Assembly (NCBI GenBank): GCA_001949185.1
Contig: BDGG01000001.1
Span: 448,128 to 512,127, forward strand
DNA from: Ramazzottius varieornatus
Taxonomy: Eukaryota; Animalia; Tardigrada
Length of the DNA: 64,000 nt
Reading direction: 5' to 3'
The notes below the pieces were generated by a model. The model had not been told where the DNA came from and did no database searches. It worked only from the letters and a program-made list of their open reading frames with translations. A program made the translations under genes and the position numbers. Within the stretch, counting starts at the first letter, position 1. Each line of letters begins with the position of its first letter. Below are positions 40,201 to 54,097 of the stretch, piece after piece.

Positions 40201-43200
40201 CCGCATAAGGAAGCGCGCCATGTCGAATGGTTACAGCTTGGCACGTCAAAATATTTTCCAACGTCTAGCCCTGGCTATTGGCATTGGCGTGATATTTAAC
40301 TGTTAGTCGGAGTGGTTGCAGCCTTTTTGATGGTCTAATCCTTTCTGTCAGGGCGTGGTCAAAGCCGACATCAAAGTACTAGCGAACGAGGGCACTGTGG
40401 CGCTGATGGACATAAAGGGCTCGACATGTGTGGTTGCGGTGAGCGAAGGCTACCTCAAGACCTTCAACCTGGACACGTCCGATCCAAAGTCGTGGAATAA
40501 GACCAAAGCCATCAAGGAAGCCGTAACCTCGTATGCCTCCTTCAAAAGCCTCAGCATCAATCTCGACTGCCTTTACATTGCATTCCTTACTGACCGGGTA
40601 AATGCTAAGCAATCAGTGTGTCGTTCAGGCAATTTCTGACGGTTCTCTCATCCCGTGTGTCCATAGAATGATGGTGTACCGGAAGACAAGGTGTATCTTT
40701 GGGACCTTGAGCGTAATGCCATCAGTTGGTACAGCTTCGATTCAGCTGTACCTTCACAGGTGACCTGGCAGTCAGATGATCCACGGCAGCTGGCCGTCAA
40801 CCTAACTTGCTCTTCCACTTGGAAGAAGGCGGGAAATGACCGGCTGGCATTTTTCTTTGCCAGCAGTGACAAAGGACTGGTCCTGGCTAACCAGCTGCCG
40901 CTGAAAACCAACGGCTCGGCCCTGCTTCTCGGCACACATTCGCCTTTCGCCTTCGTCTACGCAAACTCGGTAACACTTTGGTCAGATTGCCGTAGAGAAA
41001 CGACAGATCAGTTCGACCTCCTCCACACTGAAAAAACTCATCGAACCACGTCAAAGTATTTGATCATTTTGATGAAAAAACTCTAATGCGTTTATTTTGG
41101 TCAGGTGGAGCAAGGCGGGAAGCTAGCGGTCATCAAGCGCTTCTTGCCGGACTGTGAAGGCTTCGTCCCCGAGCACAAAGATGACATGATGGCCATCGCC
41201 GACTTTGGTTACTACGCGGCGCTGGGTCATTTTTCCAGAGCCATCAACAGCGTCAAGACGACATCAAACGGTGTGTGGAACCACCTTGCCAGGTTATGTG
41301 TCAAACGAGGGAAGCTGGAATACGCCAAAGTTTGCTTGGGCAAGCTGGGACATGTGGCCATACTGGCGGATATACGCAACTTCGCGGAAACCAATCACAA
41401 CACTAAGGCGCAGTTGGGTCGCCTAGCCGCGCTACTTCACATCAAGGTGCGTTCGACACCACTGGCAACAATTCAAAGTCAGGTGACTTTATTTTAATCG
41501 GCTTTGTTCGTGAACGTAGGGCACTGCGGATGAATATTTCGGCATGAGCGGCCAAACCGACCTCAGCGATAGTTTACGGAAGGCTTGTGGAGATTTCGCA
41601 ACTGATGAAAAGCATGGGCCGATCGATGGACCTCAAGGAGACGTCATATCGACCAGCGCAAGACTGAAGCAACGTGGCCTGCTTTACGAACAAGCTCAAC
41701 ATGAGAAGGCATTTGCCGATGTTGAAATGACAGTAGAAAAGTGCGCGGTTTGGTGACAATCCTTATGGACAAATCAAACAATAGACTTGTTTCGCAAGTC
41801 ACGTTTCGGCCCTAAATAGAATAAAATCTCATGATTTTATACTGTGTCAGTTTCTGTGCAGAAACCGTTTCGCGGTTTGCTCACTTCCGGCACAGAATAT
41901 TAGCATAAAGGGACATTAGGCCGCGCGAGTTCAGCAGGGCATCGGAATTCGCGGGGCCTTGTCGTTTAGCCCTCTACTGGATAAAGCCCGGACTTCTTTC
42001 GCTTTTTCTGGCGATAGTTTCGGGAAGACAATTATCCCATGCTAGTTTCGGTCGAAAACATGATGGATTTCGAGCGGAAGTCAAGTGGCGCAATGTGGGA
42101 GAGGCGCGTGGCTCGGATCACTTGACGCGCCAAGTCCAATTCGCTGATTGGTCTGATCACGCTCCACTCCACCAAAATTTCAAATTTCGACCAATGTGGT
42201 CAATAGTTCAATCAACTCAGTTTGCACAGAATTTGAAATTCTGTGCAGCGATATTAGGCAAAACATAAGCCGTGGATAACTGCACAGCATAAAACCTATA
42301 CTTGTGCTGTGCAAGCCGAAAACATGACTTGCGAAACAGGTCCAATGTCCTCGCGCTCTTGAATTATAACCTACACTTTGATATCTTCTCTTCTCCGTAG
42401 ACTGAAGAAAGCCAAATGTGAAAAGTTCGATGTGCCTCGCTTTTTGCTGCAAAAGCGTCCGCAAGAGCTTCATGACTACATCGATCAAGCTAATGACACG
42501 TCAGTAGAATGGGTATTGCGTCTCGGAAGCCGGCGCGGCTATGACAATCGTCCCTTGTTTTTGCAGAAGACTGTATGGGTGGTACGGCCATTTTCTGGAG
42601 AGCCAAAATCTGACTGACGAGGCTGTGGAATATTACGAGAAGGCCCATGAGTTGAAAGCACAAGTCCGAATATTCTGTGGCCGGGACGAGCAAGATGCAG
42701 CATTGGCTTTGGTGCGAAGGAGCCACAACCGAGCAGCGGCCTTCCAGTTGGCCCACGCTATGGAAGTAGAGGGAAAAACCGACGCGACAATACTGGTGGA
42801 ACTGTACGAGATGGCTGGAGCCTACCGCAACGCAATCAGGATATGCATGGTCAGCATCGGCAGTAAATGAATTTGTGGAATTGATCAAAGCACTTTGTTC
42901 ATGGATGGTGTTTAAAACAGGACAACGAATTGGACGAGGAAGTGGTCAAATTGGCCTTGCAGAGCCAAAAATCCGAGTCCATAATGGCTGCCAAATATCT
43001 GCAAAGCAAAGGCTTGATCGACAAAGCCATCACGCTCTACCATTCTGTAAGTTCTGACGTTACCGAATTATCATTTCCATCAATCTTTCTTTTTAATGGG
43101 AAAAAATATGACGGTGGCTTTTAGGCTGGCAGGATCAACAAGGCGACAGACCTGGCTTTTACACAAGGCTACTACGGCAATATTGAGACCATTAGCGTCG

Positions 43201-44348
43201 ACATCAACGAAAATTCCGACCCGCGTTTGATCGAACGATGTGTCGAATATTTCGCCGAGCACAAGCAAGTCGACAGAGCCGTAAACCTACTCATCAAAGC
43301 CAAACGAGTACAACACGAATCAATGATTTAAGACAGAGGGTTGTTGTTTCTAAATTTCTGTCTTCAATCATAGATTGTGGAAGCTGTAAACCTGTGCATA
43401 AAATACCAGATGACGGTGGACGAACAGCTCATCTCGTCCGTGCTGGACCGCAGCACGACCGATATTGCCGACCCTAAGCAAAGGAAAACTGTCATCGAAG
43501 GTCTAGCCAACCGCTGTCTAGCTCAAGGTCTCTTTCACCAAGCAGCCCGAATGTTTATGGAAGTCAGCCGGCCAGAAGCGTCCATGAAGGCTCTGGTTAA
43601 GACCGGCGACATCGACGCCATCATGCGCTACATTCGACTGATCCGCGACCCCGACGCACTGATGGTGGCTGGCAACAACCTGCAGTCTCAGCCATGGCAC
43701 CAACGGAAGGACATCTTTGATGCCATTGTGCTGGCCTACAGAAGAGCTGGTGCCACCTTGTACCTAGCTAGCTTTTACGACTCTTGGGGAGAGGTATGCA
43801 AGAGCCCATCATTCCCATTGGACAGACACACTGCTGATACCTCGTTTCTCCTCACAGACGGCCTGCGAGTCGGCTCGATATGATGTGGCGCTGAAGGCTT
43901 TCAACCAAAGCCTGGACATGCTAAAGACGGTCAAAAGTACGCAAGTCAGTCCGCAAGATTTGGACAAGATGAGACAAGAAATGGAGACCAAGCAGAAAGT
44001 GGTGGATTACTTTGTGGAAGTTCAGAGGTTCGTACAGTCAAATCAAAAGACAGTCAGGCTGGGTAAGTTTCCTCGACAAACTGAATGAGCAAAACGTGGT
44101 TGTGTTGCAGGACTGCGCAAGCTAATCCACAAGAAGCCGTCGCGACAGCAGAAGAACTGCTGCAGCATACGCGATGGGAAGCCGGAGTGCGAACCGGCCA
44201 TGTTTACGGCCTACTGGTGGCCGCCACCTTAGCCATGGGGGCAGTACCAAAAAGCAGGAAGATATTGCAGCGGTTGAAAGAAGCCTGCCCCCCTGCCTTG
44301 AACTGGTCCGACTTTGTGGACGAAAATGTCTTGTCTCAGTTACAATGA
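37250..44348 (+). CDS. IFT140: Intraflagellar transport protein 140 (IFT-A; WD40 + TPR)
   Basis: N-terminal MSLFLE...WHPTQAILAV. TPR region VWNHLARLCVKRGKLEYAKVCLGKLGH, LYGWYGHFLES, AAAFQLA, MKALVKTGD, AGNNLQS, LASFYD. About 20 exons. Confidence 0.92.
41783..42343. mobile_element. PIF/Harbinger-like MITE in an IFT140 intron, 561 bp
   Basis: About 28-bp imperfect TIR (aGACtTGTTTCGCAAGTCA.. / ..TGACTTGCGAAACAGGTCC). 3-bp TSD AAT at 41780-41782 and 42344-42346. Confidence 0.8.
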
Positions 44349-44483
44349 TCTCGGATTTGTGCCTCGTTTGGGTATAAAGCAGATGTAGTGTTGCCATAAA
44401 TCCATTCGAAATCTCGAGTAGTCAGCCACTGATCTCTCCATCAGACTAGGAATGTAAGGCAACAGTTGTTGGATGTCCATAAA

Positions 44484-44497
44484 GTTGTCTGGGAAAC
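44484..44497. promoter_or_regulatory. Candidate RFX X-box
   Basis: GTTGTC-TG-GGAAAC fits GYTRYY-N1-3-RRHRAC. Located about 30 bp upstream of the LRRC23 ATG. Confidence 0.5.
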
Positions 44498-44528
44498 ACT
44501 TGTCCATTAACTGGTTGAGTATCTCACT

Positions 44529-47468
44529 ATGTCTGCTCGAGAAGACGACGAGTCTGACGATCAGGAACAGACATCCGAAGACCAGCCGGCTGATGAGGTC
44601 CCCGAGGATACCGACGAGAAGCCCGCCATCGAGCCGCTGGTCGTGGCCGAGCCCGAGGACGACGGTGTACCCCATGATCTAAATTATTATGTCCAGAAAA
44701 CTGCGCAGAATTTGGAGGAGAAGGGAAATGAGGCTGGTGGAGGAGTGGCAGCTTCCGACTCGGAGGACGAAGCTATCCTTAACCAGGTAACTCAATATGC
44801 AAACACGTTCGTGTATGGCACGTCTAGAAGATACACGCACGATGGGAAATCATGGGCCAGTAACAAATTCTGGACCAGACCTTTTCGCCACGGCGGTGCG
44901 GAAGTAGGTACATACGTGACTGTTTTACAGTGAAATACTTTTCGACACTTTGCTACGGTTGAATACTTATTTGCCGTCTTTTCCGCTTGGCCCGTAATTT
45001 GTACTAGCCCATAATTTCTCCTCGTGCGTGTAGGGGTCTATGTAGGGATGCGACGTGACATGAAGGTACATTGATAGCCGGAGAATGGGGAGGCCCTTCG
45101 AGCTGAGAATATGCAGGCTCTTCAGTCGACACCGATGAAGTCAGCCGCCTACCGAGAAAGCAAGCTGCAAGTCTTCCCATCGGTCTGCTCAGCTGTACAC
45201 AAGAAAGTGCTTGATATTCGCCAAGTGGCAAACTTTCGCAACCTACGTTCAGTCAATTTCGGCAAAAATTATCTGCGCGACTTATCGCCTTTGCAGGACT
45301 TGCCGGTAAGATAGGTAAGCGACACATGGACTATCTCCAGAGCGTAGTGCTGTATTACGCATCTTTCTACGAAATTTCGATGAATTCAAAAACACAGAAA
45401 GCAGTCATTATTAGGAAGGTTACGGGCGCAGCGCAACTGTTATCTGATCATTACCTCTCCGAAGGCCTTTCCTCATTTCAGTATTTGGGTACGGTGAAGC
45501 TTTATCAGAATGGAATGGGCAATGTTTCCACCTTGAAGAATCGAACGGTCAGGTACGCGGACTTGAGTGGAAACAAAATTAAAGACCTGGACGGTGTGGC
45601 CTTACCGAATATCGCTAGACTCAGATTGGATTGTAAGTATCAAGTAGGCACGTAAATGTCGAAACAGAAAGTGTATCCAGCAAGCTTCTTCTGCTCGTAG
45701 TCAACCGGATCAGTTCGCTGGATATTCTGAATGGACACGATTTTCGGTTCCTGCGAAAACTAGAACTACGAGTAAGCGAAAACGCGATTCTTCATACCGG
45801 TGATTGACCAAGAGCTGTTCTCCATTCTGAGACCGTTTTACACATTGACTTCAGGGAAACCGTTTGAAGTCGACAGCCGGAATCAAACATGCTTCTTTGG
45901 AAGAACTTTACTTGGTAAGTAACGGTGCTTTCTCCAGCACCCTGAAAGCTTGCAGAATCAACGTGATGCACAAAACATTTATTTGTAGGCTGAGAATGAC
46001 ATTCGAGAGATTGAAGACCTTGAGTTTTGTCCCAACCTCAAGCGACTACACTTGCGAGACAACCAGATTCTGGATGTGGCAGGCTTCAGCAAAAAGAACG
46101 CCAAGCTGGAATATGTTAATTTGCGGTAAGCGTTTCTGTGATTTTCGCTGTACAGGTTGTTTCCGATTGACTGAATCATTTTTGACGCACCATAAGAACT
46201 TTGTTTCTGATGGATTTGTTGCTATCGATATATTTTGTACACACATAGGCATGGCTCCTGAGAACGTAACTAGAAAATTTTGTTAAGATCGGGAGCCTCC
46301 TGAAAAACTTACGAGCGAAATTATGCAGCCCTCCGGAAAAATTTCTGTACTTCAGGTTGGCTCACTCCTGAACAAAATTTTTTTGAAGTTTTCCGTTAAT
46401 GCTATTCGACGCACAATTTCATCTAGTATATTTCAGAACGCTTTAATTTCGGTTTAGTTCTTCCTCGTGGGTGCTGGGATACGTTGTCATGTCTGTCAGC
46501 AAAAAATTGTTACATGTATTCCCGGCTGAATTTGTTTTCTCGGGCTAGAAGAACCAGAAGATGAAACCTTATAGTTTGAATCAATGGAACAAGGATTGAT
46601 TATTCGAAATAAATTATTTCAGCTGTCGGAGCAGCACCGCACAAAAACAGCGAATTTCGTCATAGCCAAGGCCCTTTCTTCCCGGTAGAACAAGCGGTTT
46701 TGCGTAAATTCTGCCAATCAACCGAACAAAGTTGAGTGCAGGAGAACACGTGGAATCGGAAGTTCAAAGAATGCTCTATCAAATGAGCGGTAAAGTAGCG
46801 AAACCAGGTTAGGAACCAATTTTTCACGACACGTCAAAAACCATTCAGTGCGATTGGAAACACCCTGTAAATGTGAGTCTTATTGGATAGCCGTGACCCC
46901 AACTTTTCATCATTTTCCTACGGTTTCTCTTTAATACAGGAATAATCTCATCACATTTATCGACGATGCGATGGGCATCACCGTTCTCCCACGATTGAAA
47001 AACCTAGTGATGATGGATAACCCTGTGCAGCTGGAGGTTGACTTTCGCATGGTCATCATTGCTCGTATGCCAACGTTGGCCGTGCTGGACAAGGAGGCAA
47101 TCAAGCCTTATGACCGTGACTGGAGCATCATGACTTTACTGGACAGTCTGTACCACGAGCAAGTGGACCTGAAGGTGGCCGTGGAAGACTTGATGGATGC
47201 CATCGATCCGGTTGAAATGGCCGATACGGCAACACTGCCACCCAGCCAGACGTCCTTGACTTCGGAGACTGACTTTATGGAGGACGAAGACTGGGAGGAT
47301 GGTGAAGAAGCTGATGACGAAGTCAACGAGGTTGATGTCGTGGAACGAACCAACAGTAAGGATTTGCTGGAGACAAAGTCCATTGAGGAAGATGACTTGG
47401 ACAGAGAGTACTACGGCGAGAAGGAACCGAAAGAAGACGAAGAAGACCAAGGAGAGCAAGAGACGTAG
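44529..47468 (+). CDS. LRRC23: Leucine-rich repeat protein 23 (radial spoke-associated)
   Basis: Acidic N- and C-termini. SDS22-like LRRs LELRGNRLKSTAGI..LEELYLAEN, LHLRDNQI..AGFS..LEYVNLRNN, and the LRR cap DNPV...FR...MPTL.VLDKE. Confidence 0.85.
44832..45032. mobile_element. TA-CACGCACGA MITE family, copy 3 (LRRC23 intron)
   Basis: TACACGCACGA ... TCGTGCGTGTA perfect 11-bp inverted ends including the TA. Confidence 0.75.
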
Positions 47469-49517
47469 GACCTTTTTGCTTCCATTTCCTTTCACGATCA
47501 ACGAACTGAATCCATTCCTAGACCGAATCAAAATCTCATCTATTCAGTGCAGATTTAATCGGTTTTCAGCCAAGTCCGCAAACTTTTAACTGGCTGAGCA
47601 TTGGTCTGCCTTCTGAAAATCTTCCCTGCGTAACCGTAACGATCAAAAGCGATGAGTGTGTTACAGTCATGCTCCACGTCTGTCATCCACCACGTTTGTC
47701 ATCCACCGTTGGATTATCTCGTTGCTAATGATGATTTGAAGAATTATTTGCGAGTTAGGGGTTAAATACTTGTCGCATTGCGGGTCGAATAAAGAACTGA
47801 TGAAACCTTGTTCTTTCTAACACAGTTTTTCATCGAACACAAAACATCCGTGGTATAAGACGTTATCTTGCCGCCCCTGGCAAAGATACTATAACGTGTG
47901 CCTGGAAGAGATTGCTAGCGGTTCGCTTGTTCGAAGGTGCATTCTTTGCACGGTCTCCCGATCGTTGAGTTCGCTAACGAGTGGTGTACTGTGACATTGG
48001 CAAGGTCACATGGGTCATGCCAAGTGTTGAGTAAACCGTATTCCGTACTGTGTTGTTATTCGTTGAATGTCGTTCGACTAAAAGGGACGTCGGAGCTTCG
48101 AGTGAGCACGACCTGACCATACACTGAACTCGTCTGGAACGATGGCGAAGCCTGTTCATGGGGCTGCCATCTCTAACAATAGGCGTTCACTGCGAAAACC
48201 GCTCAGCAAGCTGGAAACTAACGTCTAACGCGAAAGCGGATGGGCTCACGCCGTTACATGATGCCGCGCTGCACTTGCAGTTGAGTGTGGGTGTGTTGCT
48301 CTTGTCTTCCAGAGAGAACCTTCGTACAATACCTCTACTGCGAGACCTTCTGCATAAAGTCGAAATTTGATTGCAACCCAGTTTGAATAAGGACCACACG
48401 GTAACAGCTGACGAACCTCTTTAGGGGGGGGGGGGCAAACGCTGGTGCCTGGTAGCATAATCCCGCATTAATGACAATGAAACTGCGGTGAAAATGCTGT
48501 AAAAGGAGGCATTCGAACGGGATGGAACAGAAACCGATGATGTAACGGACTTCTTGGACAAGCGCGGCCTGGTGACAGCAATTGGAGAAAAGGGCACCTT
48601 TAACACCCTGATTACCCCCGTACTCATTGTGAGTACAATACGACACTTTTTCGCTCCCCATAATTTCCATTTTGCCCGGCTTGAATCAAACTTTTTTCAT
48701 TGCCTGGTCTGCGGTCTTATCACCGAAACGCAGCTGATGACCACTGGTCAGTACAACTTCCGCAGGCTGGAAAAAATCCTTACGATTTCGGGCAGTTTCG
48801 GGAGTATTTTAGGTTTCCTGTCTTTGCTCGAGATACATAGCTACCATCTGTTTAGAAAAAAAATGGAACACTAAGGAGAGCTTCCTCTACCGATACTATG
48901 CTTGGGACAAACTTGGTGTCATCGGTGCGTCCAGAAAAAAATGAAAACGGCTACTTTTCCCACGTTGGCCTTTACGGCCTGCCAATCTCCACAATTTCGA
49001 AATTCTGAAAGCTGTCTATTGGCTAATCTGGGTTACGCCTTCCCTTTTCCTCCAGTTAAAGTTCTGTGCTCACAGTGAGTACGCTGGTAATCTGCCGACA
49101 CAAAAAGCTTGGTATTCAGGGTGTTAAATCTTGTGGCTTTGCACTTTAGACCGTCACCAGCTAATTATCCACCAACCAACGTCTGCATAACAGCAGACAG
49201 CTTTAACGAACGGCCATAACCAGCGGGGAAGAAGACCCGTATGTATACTGCAGCGTTGAGCAAAAACGGAAAAGACTTCACTCCTCAGCACCTTGCCTTC
49301 GCTGTTCCTGTACGAGGAGCTGGTCCTGACTTTGCTCGCGGCTAAACCCTTTGCCCGTCTGCGTAACGTGTAGCACAAAGTGTCTGCCAGTAGCTCATGA
49401 CGGATGTATATGGGCAAAATCTCAGGCGCGGGCAAAGTTGGAGCCAGATCCTCGTATTTGGATGGCGCCAACAGATGGCCATCGTCCGTTGTTGAGTGTT
49501 AGACAAACGCATCATTA

Positions 49518-51458
49518 TCAGTAGACAGCAGAATCTGTAATCATAGCGGTGGGAGTTGAGGTTTCTTTGGGCAAGTTCTTGGATTTGACGAGGACTGCAA
49601 AATAAGCGAAGGTGGTTATTACGTGGGAATCAGCGGACTCGTTGGCTGGCGATTCAAGACGGAATACTATGTACTTGTTAGAGCGAAACCGAAGGCCAGC
49701 AGTCCTACCAGAATCCCGTTGGCGATGCTGGGATGGCCGTGTCCGATGGTAGCTCCAATTGTCGGGATCAAGATTAGGCCACAAACTTGCGCACAACAGT
49801 TGAGCAGTCCAGAGGAAGTGCCTTCTGGCACAGGCCGCGTTAATTGTGCTGCAAACTCGAAGCCGACCGGCAGGTAGCCCGTCATAAAGAGCCCAAGGCA
49901 GGTGGAAGAAAGGAAGACACTCCACAGTACCTTCAAGTGCATGGTCAGACTGAAAAGCACCATCGACAGGCAGGAGCCACCGTACAGAGCAGCAGTCACC
50001 AACCTAGGCCATTTAAGCACAGACGTTAATCCCTCCAGTACATTTTTTCTCGACTTTATTTAATGTACTTGTATTTGCCACTCCAGGCCAATACAATGCC
50101 GGCTATCATGGAACCGACCAGTCCGGCCAAAGTGATGGTCAGACCAACGTATCCAGCCCTGTCGTCGAAGCCCTGCAACGGTTGCATCCCGATAAAAAAA
50201 TAGAGAAAAATCAAGTAGAAACGCAAAAAGTTCACCACCGGTAAAGCTCGTACCTGAAAGAAATGAAGGAATATCTGGTTCAACAATGTACCGATGGCAT
50301 AGAAGCATCCAGCATTAACACCGTAACTCAGCAGTATCAACCGAAAATTTCCATTCATCGCAAGCTTCCAGAGAGAATGAGAATAGTTTGTGGGAACTTT
50401 GCTTTCGAAGTTGGTCGGACTTGTTCCATCCGGTGAGCTTTGAAATACTGGAAAACGTAAGGAGGATGGACTATCGAAGATAGCGAGTTAGACAGGCGAA
50501 CAACCAACCCAAGAGTACTAGGACGAAGAGTATGGCACTTATGATGGCCACACCCACGAACACCTTCAGGAGCTGTTGGCCGTATAGCTCCAACGTTTCA
50601 TCGGTTAGAGGTAGATGCGAATCCTCAATGCCGTGCTGGCCACTCTGCTGTCCACCATGTACAATCAATGGTGGGATCAGAAAACCCAGAGCAACCCCTA
50701 GCTAAAAGGGAAAAACCACTTCAGTGAGGGGTAGCGTCACACAGTAACCCCGAATCTTGAATTTATTCAATTTTGTCAGAAATCGCCTTTTTGTTTTTTG
50801 AACAGCGGTCTTTGGCATAGTATAGCTAGACTTCAAATTGTTCTTCCAAAATCGGTTTTGGAAATTTTCGTGAGATTCAGGATTTCTGTCTGATTCTACC
50901 CAGTGATAATCTTGGCCAGAAGGCTCAGTCTGTGCATTGATGACTTCATACCTGATTTCCGAACACACCAACAGAAGTGGCCAGAGCGACCTGATTGGCG
51001 GGAAACCATACTGCCGCTAACTGAGCTGGAAGGCCCAGTATGAAGCACTGGGAAATGGCGGCCACGGTCTGCCCGAAGAAAGTGAGGCCAAACAGATGGC
51101 GCTGTGCGCTGCCGCACTTCATAAGGCTGCCCAGAAAATTGCCGAAAGAACCCAGGAGCAGTGTAATGCGTAAGCCACCGCTCTCTAAAATCCAAGTAGC
51201 CGGAAAGACCAGGGGAATGTACACCAGCATGTAGATCATGGACAGCCAGTCGACGGCTATCAGAGAGACCGAATAAAAGTCCCGCACACGATCGCTGATG
51301 ATCGAGTAAGCAATCCACTGAAAAGCGTTAATCATGGAACACAATGCGAACACCGTCAACATCGTCCAGCGACGAACGACCAATAATCCTTCGCTCGAAA
51401 AACTCTTCCAGATCACTCCTTGGAATAAGAAATGGCTCGACATGTTGGACAAGCGCAT
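49518..51458 (-). CDS. FLVCR-family MFS transporter (heme/choline/ethanolamine)
   Basis: RRWTML..FQWIAYSII, VDWLSMIYM, GQTVAAISQCFILGLP..AVWFP..ATSVGVFGNQ, GYLPVGFEFAAQLT.PVPEGTSSGLLN. True start codon unresolved. Confidence 0.9.
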
Positions 51459-52175
51459 TTCTCCCGGTGCATCGATCCTGCTGTTCTGCGCTTATGCCTC
51501 GAGATTCGTCTGCTGATGTGAACAAAAACTTTCTGATCGGCTTTTATTTGGCTTCGTTGAACTAACAAATCTTTAATCGGCTTGTTCTGTGTGCAAAAGT
51601 CCCAGAAGATTGTTCTGACGTTGAGCAAATTTGTCAGTGACGATTGGTACCTCGACAGCTGAGCTCATCTTGTTTGTTGGACCACAACGATGTGCGTCCG
51701 CTGTGAAAGGTTTGTTTGTTCGGTACTCCAGATTTGACCTGGGTATACATTGGTATTTGCGTCTGGGGCTATGCTGTCGGTCTGCGCCAGTGTCTTAACG
51801 GTCATTAACATTGCTCGCGCGACGAACACGCGATGGGGAGAAGCTTATCGACAATTTGCTAAACATTTCGGCGGAAACCTTATCTTTATCAAAAATACCT
51901 CCCTTAAGCCTTTGACAACTTTAACACTATCAGTAAATAAGCATGCAAATCTAAGCTTATCACAGATCGAAACAAAGGGCTGTTTGACCTTGAGCTGACT
52001 GGTTCTAAAGAGAACTAGGGCTGGGATTTCCCATTATGTCGGCTTTAGTGAAACTAAACGGAATTGTCAAACATGAAACCGTTCCAGCCATAAGGCGTTT
52101 GGCTGGTATTAATCATTGACTGACATTAGCGTATTTTTCTCGTGCGAGCGCCATCCCATATTGTATTTCTCAAAA

Positions 52176-54097
52176 ATGGTAACGCGAAAGTCTCGGCGCA
52201 ATTGTTATGCCAACAGTACCTGTGGCGCAGACATCTTTTGGCTTGCCGAATTACTGAGTTTGCTTACTAAATCCGACGGTGGTCCTAGAGCTAATAAATC
52301 AAGCAGCAGATCGAGAAGGAGGAAGCAGAAAGTCTTGCCACAAAACCGTACCGATCTTCTGGAGTATGATTTTCTTACCGATGGACCCGTCACACATATC
52401 CCCGATGCAGTAGCCTCTGCAGATACGTTAAATGCTGATCTGGCTCAGGAAAATGGATCCTCGGCCGTACCTGCGGAAACACTTGTCCCACTTCGTAACA
52501 GACTACCTACAGATGGTTTCGCTGCTCAACAAACCATTGCAGAAGAAAATGAAGACTCGGTTGATTTCCCAGGAGAAGCCCTGCCATTTCGCAGCAGACT
52601 ACCAACAAACGGCATGGGTAAACGCCGACGCTTCTCCGCAACCCCCGAGCAAGTTCAACAGCTGATCAACCCTCCCCTAAAATCCAAACGATACCAACGA
52701 GTCGTCGAGCTTCTCGACACCGAAAGGAACTACGTCAACATCATGTCAAGAATGCTGGAGATTATCCGGGAAGTGCCTATCGACGCAAGCCTCCCCTACA
52801 CCGCCATGCTTCACCCAGACGCACTGGCGGAAATGAACACTACCTTCTCTCAACTCCCACAGTTACTAGAAGTTCACCAGTGCATCGTCAAAGATTTGGA
52901 GAAAGCAGTGGAGAACTGGGCCGAGGACATTTGTATCGGCAAGATTTTTACCAAGTACGGGCCATATCTGGAGGCTTACGTACCCTTCGTCAACTCGTTC
53001 GAAAAGATCAAAGCCTTTCTACAGGAATGGGGTGAAAAGTGTACACTGTTTCAGAGCTATTTAAAAATTTGCCAAATGCAGCCTGGTTGTGGCCGACAAC
53101 ACCTGCAAGATCTGCTGATCCGCCCCATCCAACGAGTCCCTTCGGTCGTCACCTTACTGCGCGACATCAAAAGCCGAACGGATGTGGATAACCCGGATTG
53201 TAAGGAACTGGACAAGGCTATCACCGAAGTCGAAAGAGTGTTGGAGTTCATCAACGACCAGAAGAGAGAAGCGGACATTTCACAGATGTTGACGGGCATC
53301 GAAACCGATCATGGGTAAACTGATCAATCAACTGATCAATCATTGCCTTACTGTACCATCCCTGTGCCGCTGCTAAAATGTTAGCAAATGCAAACCCACA
53401 GTCACGTCATTAATTCTCTAATGACTTGATTGGTGTAGAACTTGATTTTGATCGTAGGTTTAGGAGTCCGTTGGCTACTGCTTGTCATTACATTACTCAC
53501 ATCGAATGCTTCGAACTGGAGGATGACCAATTCTCTGCAAAGGGTGATACTGTGATGATCGTAGTTTTTGACACGGTCCTGGAGATATGCAAAAAGATGC
53601 CACTCCGAGTTCAGCGAAAGAGGAGTGTACTGGACCACAAGAAAGGATGGGAGCACATCGACTACATCCCGCTTGAACAGATTCGTGACATGATCGACGT
53701 GCCTGACGAGCAAGACTGTATCCACGCCTTCGCTTTAGGTCTGCGCACCATCGACAACGAAGAATGCTACTTCAAGTTCGCAGCTACTGATCACTACGGC
53801 ATGGACAAGTCTTTGTTCTTGAGACAAGTCTACGCCCAGATACCTCGCGGTAATGCAGATAGACCGGTCTTACGGAGGATGGATCCACATGAAGTGAGAA
53901 TGCGTACTACGTCGGTCATGGCCTTCCAGCAGCCGGGCTTGCGCAGATCACTGTCGTTACTAGTCAAGAGGTTACGACAAGTGTTCGGTTTGCATAGTCT
54001 GGGGATGAGACGGTCAACCACTGACCGCATCTTTAGCCATGACGCTCCCATCTCCAACTTGCCTGGGACTGTGCCCATGCCGGCAAACCTCAGCTAG
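52176..54097 (+). CDS. ECT2-like DH-PH RhoGEF lacking BRCT domains
   Basis: ELLDTERNYV, YVPFVN, GRQHLQDLLIRPIQRVPSV, FINDQKR and the PH motif VFDTVLEICKK. One clear intron at about 53315-53457. Confidence 0.85.

Noticed and set aside
47900-49471. Short ORFs and a poly-G run between LRRC23 and FLVCR
   Set aside because: No motif or coherent gene model.
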